Shown: one piece after another, positions 1-25,095 of the stretch
How the letters are laid out: every line of letters starts with the position of its first letter
How positions within the stretch are numbered: the stretch's first letter is position 1
NCBI RefSeq assembly: GCF_009914755.1
Contig: NC_060929.1
Reading direction: 5' to 3' (one strand)
DNA from: the human T2T-CHM13v2.0 reference genome, Homo sapiens
Length of the DNA stretch: 64,000 nt
Notes under the pieces: model-generated
Seen by the model: only the letters and a program-made list of their open reading frames with translations
The model's database searches: none
What the model was told of the DNA's origin: nothing
Program-made: the position numbers and the translations under genes

Positions 1-771
1 CAGTGATGAGGATGGCTCCCTCCCCAGTCATCTCCAATTTCCCAAAGCAGCTCTGGAAAACGTGAAGTTGCGCCTTCTCTTTCCTGGAGGATGGAATCCA
101 GAGTACCTGGGCCCTTGCTATGCAAACATCCCTCTCCGCCGGGTAGGAAACCCTTTGTCCGAGAAGCCGGACACCACAAGGGCCCGGGAAAGAGGCCTCC
201 TTATCCGCCACAGCCTCAAACCCGAAAGCTCCCTGCCCCCCCAGCTCTGTAGGGCCTATCCTGGCATCCACACAGACCTAGGCTGGGGAGTGGGTGCTGA
301 GACCTCTCCTAGGACGCGGAGGCCCAGGCGGCCCCAACCCATCTCCGTACTCCTTCCCACCATCTCACTCGGCCTGAGTGGGGCTTGCAAGCGCGGTGCG
401 GGCCTGGGCCGAAACAGAGGAAAGAAAAAAAAATCCCTTTCTAAAAGAAGGAGAATGGGGTGCTAGAGCGAGTGCGACCTAAGTCTACAGCATAAACGAG
501 CGAGGGTCGTCCGAGAGCTGGGACCGGAGACGGGACCAGGGGGAGGGGGAGAAGCGAGGGGCATGGAGGGGGCCGGGCCAGGACCGGCCGGAGATGTCGA
601 GGGATCAGAGGAGCCCGCGCCAGGTCCGAGGCCAGGGAAGGCTGGGGGCCCGGGTCTGGGTCGAGGCGTCTGGGAAGGGCCAGAGCCGGCCTCGCACCGG
701 ACGTTGAGGTGGGCAGGCCCGCCCGGGGCCGGACGGACGGAAGCACAGACGGTCCAGCGGGCCGCACTCAC

Positions 772-816
772 CATGAGCTCGATGGTCTTGTCCTCAATCA
801 CCGAGTCGGGCTCCAT
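772..816 (-). CDS. FBXW11: FBXW11 (beta-TrCP2, F-box/WD40 SCF substrate receptor), coding part of exon 1: MEPDSVIEDKTIELM
   Basis: ATG at 816-814 in a perfect Kozak context (GCCGCCATGG). 45 nt, then a GTGAGT donor at 771-766. The peptide matches the FBXW11 N-terminus as I recall it. The rest of the gene lies off the left edge. Confidence 0.95.
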
Positions 817-868
817 GGCGGCCCCGGCGGCCCCGCCTCGCTCTCCCCGCGCAGCAGCGAACGGCCCG

Positions 869-910
869 GGCGGAGGAGGCGACGGCGGAGGCGGCAGAGG
901 CGGAGGCGGC
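869..910 (-). repeat. Interrupted (GCC/TCC)n triplet tract in the FBXW11 5'UTR
   Basis: Plus strand reads ggcggaggaggcgacggcggaggcggcagaggcggaggcggc. Confidence 0.7.
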
Positions 911-995
911 TATCGCACCCACTCTAGCTGCCAGCCCGCCCGGGCCGCCGGCAGCTCCGCCCTCCCCCTCGGCGAACGCAGTACGCAGATCGGGG

Positions 996-1201
996 ACTAC
1001 ACCTCCCAGCAGGCGCCGCGGCCCGCAGAGCGTTGTGGGACCGAGCCTCTGACACCAGGTTGCTGGCTCTTGGCAGCCCGAAGCTGAACTCCGAGCTGAG
1101 AGTAGCACTGGACGGTGGGCGTAGGACGTGCAGACCTGAAGAGTTAAGAGCTTGCTCATGGCAGGGCCTCGAGAGCGCCACGACTACGTGTCCCAGAAAG
1201 C
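996..1201. promoter_or_regulatory. Cluster of ZNF143/THAP11-type motifs
   Basis: ACTACACCTCCCAGCAGGC at 996-1014 (+), TCCCACAACGC on the minus strand at 1030-1040, ACTACGTGTCCCAGAAAGC at 1183-1201 (+). These match the ACTACAnnTCCCAnnAnGC consensus. Confidence 0.7.
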
Positions 1202-1330
1202 CGTGCGCCCGGGTTGTCCTTCCGGCTAGCTTCTCTTGACTTCCTGGCAGCCCAAGGCTGCCCAGACCGGGACGGAAACTCCGAGGCAACTCCTCACTTG
1301 TCGGAGGTCCTGCGTATGCGACCCATTTCC

Positions 1331-1341
1331 GCACATGCGCG
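1331..1341. promoter_or_regulatory. NRF1-like motif
   Basis: GCACATGCGCG resembles TGCGCATGCGCA and lies inside the CpG island. Confidence 0.4.
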
Positions 1342-1670
1342 GTCCATGCCGCAGTGCTCCCTAGACGCCTAGGTAGCTGCGCGGCCCGTCCGGCAGTGTC
1401 TGATGGTAGGGGCAGATGGTGGAGACAGGTGGGTTCTAGGTGCGTTAGGAAGGTGTATAGACCTGGGGCTCAGGTGTGGGAAGGGGCCAGCGAGTGAGAG
1501 AAGCTCGGCCTGGGGAAGAGGCTCTGAGAGGATGGGCATCCCAGGAGTGAGAGTTTCGAGATTTCTTCGGGAAAGACGGGGTTTTGGGAAATGTGCTGTG
1601 GTGCTGTCTGTATGTCACACGATCTGCGAGGAGCTGCGAGATTAAAGGGGACGTGCGTATATCGAGCCCC

Positions 1671-1820
1671 TCATTCATTCGTTCAGAAAATGGTTATTTT
1701 TTAAGCATCCAGCTTCCGCTGCGTACCGTTCTAGGCGCTGAGAATCAGCTCTGAACATGACAGACAAGGCTCCTGTTCTCATGGAGCTTAATTCTGGTGG
1801 AGGGACGACAGACACTAACC
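1671..1820 (-). mobile_element. L2 LINE 3'-end fragment
   Basis: tcattcattc...gttctaggcgctgagaat...gacagacaaggctcctgttctcatggagctta matches the typical antisense L2 tail. Confidence 0.65.
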
Positions 1821-1886
1821 AAAAGAGTGGCTAAGAAGGAACACACAAGCGGAGACTCCTTCTAGTGAACTCAGCCTCCAACTCTG

Positions 1887-2797
<911 letters not shown>

Positions 2798-3109
2798 AAG
2801 TGTTTTTGCATTCTCTGCACCTATAAAGTCAAAGAGGCTGGATGACCTAGAAATCTTTCCATTACCAAGGACCAAGTTACAGTAATTTGCATGCATTCAG
2901 GACACAGTATAAGTTCCCTGCAGGTAGACTTTGAAGTTTCATAGTCCTTACCTGGTGCTTTTCACCAAGGGAATTGAAAGAAAAGCAATAGGAAGAGCAC
3001 AGAATTGGAAAGTTCTTACCACTGTCATGCTATCTGAATTTCACCAGGTCCGTTCCACTATGGCCCTTAGGACATTCATTAGTAAAACAAAGGGATTAGA
3101 TATGACCTC

Positions 3110-3800
3110 TATTTCAGTTACCTGTTGCAACACAACAAACCTCCGAAGACTTAGTAGCTTAGAATAACAATGGTTTATTATGATTTTACAATTGTGTGGG
3201 CTGACCCGGGCTCAGCCGGGGCCCACATGCAATCAGCTGGGAACTCATTCAAAATGACTTTTCATCTTCTAGGGCCTCTCCTCCCTGTGGCTTTTTATCA
3301 TTCAAACGTCTGCATAGTGACTTGAGAAAGGACAAGCCCCAGTGAACAAATGCTTATCAAACCTCTGGTATGCACCACACTTGGTAATGTCCCGTTGGCC
3401 AAAACTAGTAGTATGGCCACACCCATAGTCAGTGTGGGAAAGGATTGTACAGGGGCATAAAAACAGGCATGGGGTAGGAGTCACAAGCTGGATGTGACCC
3501 TCCCCCCGCCGACCCGGCACATACATATGTTTGTCCTATACCGTCTTTTTTACTGTTTTTAAAATTTGATGTTCAGGTTTTCAAAATCTGAATTTCCAGC
3601 TTTTCTTGAAAAATTAGAATATCTGACAATTAGATCTACATGGCAACAATATGCAGGGGTTAAATAGCAACTACCTTTATTTAAGCATATATTCTATGGT
3701 TTTCCACAGTTGCCATCACTCCTTTTTGCCTTGTATCTGCATGCTTCACTCATTTAAGTTGCATCCCTAACCTGTATAGATATTTGAGTTTGCATCCCCT
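3110..3800. mobile_element. Old MLT1-type MaLR LTR (about 3110-3520) followed by a MER102-like hAT fragment (about 3540-3800)
   Basis: MLT1-like ...acaacaaac...cttagtagcttagaataacaa... and MER102-like end ...atttgagtttgcatcccctg. Confidence 0.5.
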
Positions 3801-4017
3801 GGCATTGGAACTGTAGTGGAGATAAATCAAGGTTTCTGTCCTTTTATTAAAATCGTATACCTGGGAGCATAGGGAGGGGCTACCATCTCTGTGGCTGCAC
3901 CATGATCTACAAAAAAAAAAAAAGAAAATTGTATGCTGCCTTAAAAGGAAAAAAGTACTAATATTATTAGGTCAAATTCCAGGAGCTCAGTGGGGTTAAA
4001 AGCTCATACATAGGAAT

Positions 4018-4231
4018 TAGCCAAGTATGATGGCTCACGCTTGTGGCTGCAACTACTCAGGAGGCTGAGGTGGGAGGATCACTTGAGCCTGAGAGGTCAA
4101 GGGTGCAGTGAGCCATGATTGCACCACTGTATTCCAGCCTGGGTGACAGAATGACCAGCTTGGGTACCAGACCAGCTTGGGTGACAGAACAAGACCCTGT
4201 CTCAAAACAACAACAATAAATAAATAAATAA
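4018..4231 (+). mobile_element. Alu monomer/fragment with an internal short duplication
   Basis: Right-arm Alu sequence containing repeated ccagc(c/t)tgggt units, then a (CAA)n/(TAAA)n tail. Confidence 0.8.
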
Positions 4232-4640
4232 ACACTATATATATGATAAAAGAAGTCTTATCCAAGCTACGTAAGAGGCAAGCTGAGCCAAGGCTTTATC
4301 ACCTTGCTCTCACCTCTTCTCAAACAAGAACTCAGGTGCTCTTATTGCTTCAGGCTTGATGGCAGCTGTTGATTAGATTTGGTCATAGACAAAGGCAGAA
4401 CACCCTGAGGCATATTTTCCCACCGTGTTTCAGATAGCTCTTCACTGAGGTTTGCAAGACATGATCATAACAAAGTGGTACAGGTCGTGATTCCCCTGAG
4501 GTCCAGTTCAGAACCCAGAATTGCTTAGATTGTACAAAGGCACAATGGTGCATTACATAAACTGTACAATGTAACACTCCTTCTGGGGTCTCAGGACAGC
4601 ACTCCGTAATCAAATACCTTCTTCTGCAGCAGAACATGTA

Positions 4641-7073
<2,433 letters not shown>

Positions 7074-7232
7074 TAAATAGTCTTATTTTAAACTACTAAG
7101 TGTTGAGATAATCTGTTACACAACAATAGATAACTAATAGAGACACCAAAACAAGAGCTACTTCAAAATACTAGACTCAGGGAGACCACTTTTAATGAAG
7201 GCATCATAAACCTTTGCGCAGGGCTTTATGTC

Positions 7233-7926
7233 CGTATTAGTCTATTTGCATTACTATAAAGGAATACCTGAGACTTGATATTTTATAAAGAAAAGCGGTT
7301 TGGGCCAGGTGCAGCGGCTCACGCCTGTAATCCCAGCACTTTGGGAGGCCTAGGCGGGCAGATCACCTGAGGTTGGGGGTTCGAGACCAGCCTGACCAAC
7401 ATGGAGAAACCCCATCCCTACTAAAAATACAAAATTAGCCAGGCATGGTGGCGCATGCCTGTAATCTCAGCTACTCGGGAGGCTGAGGCAGAGGTTGCAG
7501 TGAGCCAAGGTTGCGCCACTGCACTCCAGTCTGGGCAACAAGAGCGAAACTCCGTCTCAAAAAAGAAAAAAAAAAAAGAAAATAGGTTTGGTTGGCTCAC
7601 GGTTTGCAGGGTATACAAAAAGCATGTTGCTGGCATCTGCTTCTGGTAAGGGCCTCAGGAAACTTACTATCATGGCAGAAGGGGGAACAGGTGCACCACA
7701 TCACAAGAGTGTGTGCAAGAGAGCAAGGCGGGTAGGTCCCAGTGAACAGCCATATCTCACGTGAACTAGCCGAGCAGGAATTCACTTATCACCAAGGTGC
7801 TGATGCTAAACATTCTTGAGGGATCGGCCCCCATGATCCAGTCACCTCCCACCAGGTCCCACTTCCAGCACTAAGAATCACATTTCAACATGAGATTTGG
7901 AGGAGACAGATATCCAAACCATATCG
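7233..7926 (-). mobile_element. MST-type (MaLR) solo LTR with an Alu inserted at about 7303-7580
   Basis: gtattagtctatttgcattactataaaggaatacctgag...catggcagaagg...ccaaaccatatc. Alu flanked by aaagaaaa(gc/ta)ggtttgg. Confidence 0.85.
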
Positions 7927-7961
7927 GTGTCTCCCTTTTTTACGAATGCTATTGAAGGTAA

Positions 7962-8147
<186 letters not shown>

Positions 8148-8460
8148 TAGTAGAGACAGGGTTTGGCATGTTGGTCAGGCTGGTCTCAAATGCCTGACCT
8201 CAAGTGATCTGCCTGCCTCGGCCTCCCAAACTGCTGGGATTACAGGCATGAGCCATCATGCCTGGCCAAGAGTGACATTTTTAAATGGTATATTTTAACC
8301 TTTGAAGAGTTTTCTGAATTTAGATACATTATAAAGAGGGATGGTGTAGTGAAATTTTGACTTAACTCATTTCCAGCTAATATCCAAGAATGAATTTTCT
8401 TGAGGGGGAATATTGTGAAACATAGTATTGGTAAGAAATTTGTCTGGGCACGGTGGCTCA

Positions 8461-8763
<303 letters not shown>

Positions 8764-9453
8764 CTATTTTAACCACATGACAAGGCTCCATACCTTATCC
8801 CTCTATCTGTAGAACCCAGAAAAAAGGATAATTATGAAATACATTATTAGCACATTTATTCAACTTTTTCTTACAGAGTCTAATTTTGCTGTTTGTTATT
8901 AAGGACTGGCTTTACCAATAATTGATTTTAGGTGAGTTAAATCTTTAGTTCCGTGACTTTAAGGAAGATATATTTAAAGCGCCTAAAAACATTTCATCAG
9001 TTAATTTGTTTGCAAACATGTATTAAAATTAATATTTGTATTTTTCCAACCCTTTTTGAGTTTATCAGGTTAAATAAGATACCTCCAAGTTAAAGAGTAG
9101 AGACAAGTTGTATTAGAATAGAATATGCTGGCCAGGCACAGTGCCTCACGCATGTAATCCCAGCACTTTGGGAGGCCGAGGCAGGAGGATTGCTTGAGCC
9201 CAAGACTACAAGACCAGCCTGGGCAACATGGCAAAACCCCGTCTCTACAAAAAAATACAAAACTATCCAGGACTGGTAGTGTGTGCCTGTAGTCCCAGCT
9301 ACTGGGGAAGCTGAGGTGCGAGGATCACTTGAGCCTGGGAGGTCGAGGCCACAGTGAGCTGAGATCACACCCACCATACTCCAGCCTGGGCAACAGAACA
9401 AGACCCTCTCAAAAAAAGAATATACTGTGCCACAGTAGCAGATTAACCCTGCA

Positions 9454-10025
9454 TGTCAGTCAAAATTCAGCCAAAGAATTAGAACCAACAAGAGTATATT
9501 ACGGGATTTTTTTCCAGGTAGTTGACCTTCTATAATTGTAAATCTAGTTTAGCCATCTCTGTAAGGCTATTGTCTTCACAGCCACTGCTGGATCTTAAGA
9601 GTCAGTTAGTCAGAGAAGATGGATATGAAGTGGAAGGGAGCAGGCATTGGCACAAATGGAAGCCCATGAGGACAGGGGGACTGAAACTTATGTGAGTGCT
9701 TGTCCCCTCTGACCTGGGTGATATGGGTGTCATGCAGAGGCTGGAGCCCATTGTCACAGAGTGAAACACACATAGGGCCCAGGAATCAGAGGAACTGAAG
9801 GAGGCTCGAAGGGAAGATAGAGCAACTACAGACCAAGCCACTACCTCATACCAAGCAGGGAGTCAGCCGATCACCAGCAATGTATATGGGCCACAGAATG
9901 ACTAATGCTTCACCTCAATGCTCCAAATCCTGCACGACAGTCTCTCAGTGGCTTTAAACAGAAACACAGAGGAAAATAATTCAGGGAAATGTAGCTCAGC
10001 TTGGGCAAACTGACACTATGTGTCC
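9454..10025. mobile_element. Old MaLR (MLT-type) LTR
   Basis: tgtcagtcaaaattcagcc... start and ...gggaaatgtagctcagcttgggcaaactgacac end, typical of old MLT LTRs. Confidence 0.45.
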
Positions 10026-10559
10026 GCTCCCTAGAAACATGGTGGCTTAAAACATCTTTTTCTTGGGAAGTCCAATCTGAGTCCATGAGCCCTCCATGTT
10101 ATAGTTATACCATCTAGAATTTATGGTGTCCAGCATTGCTGGGGAAGAGCAGGCATACAGGGGAGGCTCGTCAGTGAGTGACTGCCGAATCTCAGAAGTA
10201 CATTCTTCCTGCTCATTGTTCATTGGTCAGTTCTTACGCACATGGCCCTAGAAGCTGCAGGGGAGCCTGCACGATGTACTTTTCAAAACTATATACCCAA
10301 AAAAAGGGAAATGAAGTAGAATTTGGTAAGCATATAGGGTTGTCTCTACTACACAGGTATACTTAATCTTCATTTAGTATATATTAGTAAAGCCATTTTG
10401 GTATGCTCCCCAGAAATTGAGAAAATGAATTTCTCCAGTGACAATATAAAAAAAAAAAAAAAACATTGGCTGGGCGCGGTGGTTCATGTCTGTAATCCCA
10501 GCACTTTGGGAGGCTGAGGTGGGTGGATTACCTGAGGTCAGGAGTTTGACACCAGCCTA

Positions 10560-10748
<189 letters not shown>

Positions 10749-10976
10749 TCAAAATAAATAAATAAATAAAAATCCTTCTACTAGTCAAGTGGTTTCCAGT
10801 ACTTTGCTCCCAACAAAATTGGAGGAGGATTGAATTGCGTTTTATGATAAAAAAATAATTTTGCTGAGAGATTACTATGTAATTTTTGACATAATAACTT
10901 GGAAAGCATCCAAAAAAGTTGAGTAGCATCGCTATAAGACAACTTTCATTCATATATGAACAAGTCTTCTAAGTAT

Positions 10977-11376
10977 TGATATGGTTTGGATCTGTGTCCT
11001 CACCCAAATGTCATGCTCAATTGTAATCCCAAATGTTGGAGGTAGGGCCTGGTGGGAGGTATTGGATCATGGGGGTGGATTCTTCATGAATGGTTTAGCA
11101 CTAACCCTTCGGTGATATAGAGTTTTCCTGAGATCTGGTTAAGTGTGTGGCAGCTCCCCTCTCTCTTCCTCCTGCTCTGGCAGTGTAAGACACCTCCTCT
11201 CCCTTAGTCTTCTGCCATGACTGTAAGTTTCCTGAGACCTTCCTGGAAGCTGAGCAAATGCCAGCATCATGCTTCCCGTACAGCCTGCAGAACAGATGAG
11301 CCCATTAAACCTCTTTTCTTTATAAATTACCCAGTTTCAGGTATTTTTTATAGCAGTGTGAGAACAGACTAATACA
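10977..11376 (+). mobile_element. MSTA/MSTB solo LTR
   Basis: TGATATGGTTTGGATCTGTGTCC...ATTAAACCTCTTTTCTTTATAAATTACCCAG...GACTAATACA, with TG...CA ends. Confidence 0.9.
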
Positions 11377-11559
11377 AGTGCTAACATCTATAAAAATAAA
11401 ACCCAAAAATAAAGTTGATGCAGAATTCCTTCTGTCTCATTCCAGCAACAAGTAATATTTATACACAGATATGTAAACTTCTAAAAATGATTTATTGGCC
11501 GGGCGCGGTGGCTCACGCCTGTAATCCCAGCACTTTGGGAGGCTGAGGCGGGCAGATTA

Positions 11560-11808
<249 letters not shown>

Positions 11809-11968
11809 TTATTTATCAATGTAAAAGATGTAGCTCTAATATAATTTTATGTCTATGTTTAATCATTGCCAAAATTTTAATTTTATTGCTTGATGTGTAG
11901 TGTTTAATAATGATTATAATAACTTGATCCAGGAGGACTTTTTGGCTAACATTTAGAGGCTATGATCA

Positions 11969-12241
<273 letters not shown>

Positions 12242-12292
12242 CTAGCTCAAAAAAAAAAAAAAAGTTTCAAACACAAATAATAGGATATTTAA

Positions 12293-12580
<288 letters not shown>

Positions 12581-13335
12581 CTATTACATTTAGATTTCAT
12601 TGTGAAGATAATGGAACAATTTTATTTTTAAATGTCAATACTTATAAATACGCAGAAAGTTATATTATTTTCAATGATTTAAATTTATGCTGAAACATTT
12701 TAGATGTCAATTTAAGAAATGAGTAATTACATAATTTTCAAATTTCTTCTGGGGCTACATAAACACAAAAGGTTAAAGATCACTACTCTAGAGCACTGTG
12801 GTGACTACAGAAAGGGCCTGGTACCCTAAGGGCCAGAATCTCAAGTTTGCCATGTCAAACAAGACTAAACATCTGCCAAGAATTCCTGGTCATAGATGCG
12901 AAAGAATTGGACTTGAAAAATATATCCCCTCAGCTGGGTGCGGTGGCTCATGCCTATAACCCCAGCACTTTGGGAGGCCGAGGCGGGTGGATCACCTGAG
13001 GTCAGGAGTTTGAGACCAGCCTGACCAACATGGAGAAACCCCATCTCTACTAAAAATACAAAAAATTAGCCGGGCGTGGTGGCGCATGCTTTTAATCCCA
13101 GCTACTTGGGGGGCTGAGGCAAGAGAATCACTTGAACTCAGGAGGCGGAGGTTGCAGTGAACCGATCGCGCCATTGCACTCCAGCCTGGGCGACGAGAGC
13201 AAAACTCCGTCTCAAAAAACAAAAATCTCCCCTCAATACTGACCAAAGACATACCAGTTAAAATAACCATCAGATAGCCAATCTGTTTGTCCCACTCTCT
13301 ACTCAGGTAGCTCCATGCTACTAAAGGGCTTTTAA

Positions 13336-13656
<321 letters not shown>

Positions 13657-13922
13657 TAAACTGCTGGGATTACAGATGTGAGCCACCGCACCCTGCCTCA
13701 ATATACCTTTCTAATCTCATTTTCTGCTACTTTCTCCCACTTCATGTTCTGGCTCCTCATATTTTTCTAAACAGATCATTGTCCCTCACAGCTCATGCGT
13801 TCATGCTTGCTTGTCACTCTCTCAGTCAGTGCAGAATTCAGCAATCATGGTGCGAACTCTTTGGGCCAGAGCCTATCCCAAGCCTTTCTAGAGGCTCTAA
13901 ACAGCGTGGAGAACTCCAAGGA

Positions 13923-14882
<960 letters not shown>

Positions 14883-14884
14883 TT

Positions 14885-14887
14885 TGT

Positions 14888-14918
<31 letters not shown>

Positions 14919-15012
14919 TTTTTGAGACGGAGTCTTACTCTGTCGCCCAGGCTGGAGTGCAGTGGCACAATCTCGGCTCACTGCAAGCACCGCCTCCCGG
15001 GTTCACACCATT
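14885..15012 (-). mobile_element. 5'-truncated AluY-like fragment
   Basis: (TTTA)n tail and the AluY-type ctgcaagc...gggttcacaccatt, which stops abruptly at 15012. Confidence 0.8.
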
Positions 15013-15128
15013 GGAGACAGAAGCCATAATGCCACAAGTGTGGAGTGGGCCCTGCTGGCACATTGCTGGTCACCAGATGAAGTGAGGGCCTCAACCCAAC
15101 ACAGCCTTAGCTTCCTCAGAAAGACTGA

Positions 15129-15407
<279 letters not shown>

Positions 15408-15501
15408 TGATCCACCCACCTCAGCCTCCCAAAGTGCTGGGATTACAGTTGTGAGCCACCGCACCGGGCCAGGAGGTGTATTTTTTAATTTGTATTTTTT
15501 A

Positions 15502-15954
<453 letters not shown>

Positions 15955-16146
15955 TTATAAACAGGGATCTGGGTGGAGCATTAACGGTGTCTGTTACAGA
16001 TCATGCCATGCACTGCTCAGGTCTTCTCACATCAGGTCTCCTCACATCTTACATTAACTTCATTCTGTCACAATTTCTAGCACAAAACTTAGAGGAGGAG
16101 GGTAGAGGGATGAGCTTCAGCCCCCGTTGCTGCAGTGGTCTCAAGG

Positions 16147-16362
16147 CTATACATAATCATATCCATCATCTTCCTCTCTGAGTGTTCTAGGTTCCTCACA
16201 CCCTTGACTTAACACTTTTGCTATTCTCGATGGCTTGTCTTGTAGGATGTCCCACACCTTCATCCTGAGGGATGTGAGGCTCGGGATCCTCATGCCCTTA
16301 TCCAGCTGGGATTGCTGTAATTGGCCATTCACCATTACAACCATCATGGGAGCCAGGTGCAA
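16147..16362 (-). pseudogene. Decayed ERVL pol C-terminal (post-integrase) fragment
   Basis: ORF-track peptide VMVNGQLQQ...MKVWDILQDKPSRIAKVLSQG resembles the ERVL pol C-terminus (VNGKLQQP...MKVWVTPPGK.PRPAEVLAEG), just inside the 3' LTR. Confidence 0.65.
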
Positions 16363-16511
16363 TGGCTCACACCTACAATCCTACTGCTTTTGGGGACCGA
16401 GGTGGGAGGATTACTTGAACCCAGAAGTTTGAGACCAGCCTAGGCAATATGGTGAGACCTGCTCCCTACAAAAAAATTTTAAAATTAGCTGGGCATGTGC
16501 CTATAGTCCTA

Positions 16512-16625
<114 letters not shown>

Positions 16626-16734
16626 TTAAAAAACAGACAAGGCCGGGTGCGGTGGCTCACGCCTATAATCCCAGGACTTTGGGAGTCCGAGGAGGGTGGA
16701 TCACGAGGTTGGGAGATCAAGACCATCCTGGCTA

Positions 16735-17067
<333 letters not shown>

Positions 17068-17458
17068 TCAGCTTTTATAACGATGTATCTCATCCACCTG
17101 GGCTTCTCTATGAGAACCTTCTGTTCCATTTCTGCCTCATTTCCCTTCAGCAGTCTCCATGTATGTATTGATTTCCTATCACTACTGCAACAAATTACCT
17201 AGAACTTGGTGGCTTAAAACAACAGAAATTGGCCAGGTGCAGTGGCTCATGTCTGTAATCCCAGCACTTTGGGAGGCCAAGGCGGGCAGATCACTAGGTC
17301 AGGAGATCGAGACCAGCCTGGCCAACATAGTGAAAACCCATCTCCACTAAAAATACAAAAATTAAGCCGGGCGCGGTGGCTCACGCCTGTAATCCCAGCA
17401 CTTTGGGAGGCCGAGGCGGGCGGATCATGAAGTCAGGAGACCAAGACCATCCTGGCTA

Positions 17459-17859
<401 letters not shown>

Positions 17860-17949
17860 TTAAGGTGTGGGCAGGGCCATACTCCCTCCAAGGGTTCTAA
17901 GGGAAAGTCCTTGCATCTTTTTTTTTTCTTTTTTTTTTTTCTTTTTTGA

Positions 17950-18168
<219 letters not shown>

Positions 18169-18239
18169 TGATCCACCTGCCTCAGCCTCCAAAAGTGCTG
18201 GGATTACAGGCATGAGCCACCACTCCCGCCCTTCTTTTC

Positions 18240-19024
<785 letters not shown>

Positions 19025-19142
19025 ATCCCTACTTCCAAGAGAATCACTTCAACCCAGGAAGTGCAGGTTGCTGTGAGCTGAGATCGTGCCACTGCACTCC
19101 AACCAGGGCAACAGAGCAAGACTCCCTCTCAAAAAAAAAAAG

Positions 19143-25095
<5,953 letters not shown>

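Larger units (their letters stand above)
130..1660. promoter_or_regulatory. FBXW11: CpG island / FBXW11 promoter, 5'UTR and start of intron 1
   Basis: Very GC-rich with undepleted CpG around exon 1, against CpG-poor flanks. The TSS cannot be fixed from sequence (likely within about 930-1200). Confidence 0.9.

Noticed and set aside
817-912. Possible CUG-initiated N-terminal extension of FBXW11
   Set aside because: An in-frame TAG at 910-912 limits it to 31 codons, and the only in-frame CTG is in a poor context (CCTCTGC).
62-1334. Several 100-174 aa ORFs on both strands over the CpG island (e.g. 563-1087 +, 62-466 +, 441-767 -)
   Set aside because: Low-complexity Gly/Pro/Ala/Arg products expected from stop-poor GC-rich DNA. 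The 463-816 ORF is FBXW11 exon 1 read through its splice donor.
3861-3900. Faint resemblance of the orphan insert to 28S rRNA (gctaccatctgtgg)
   Set aside because: The match is too short and gapped to call by eye; kept only as an unidentified insertion.
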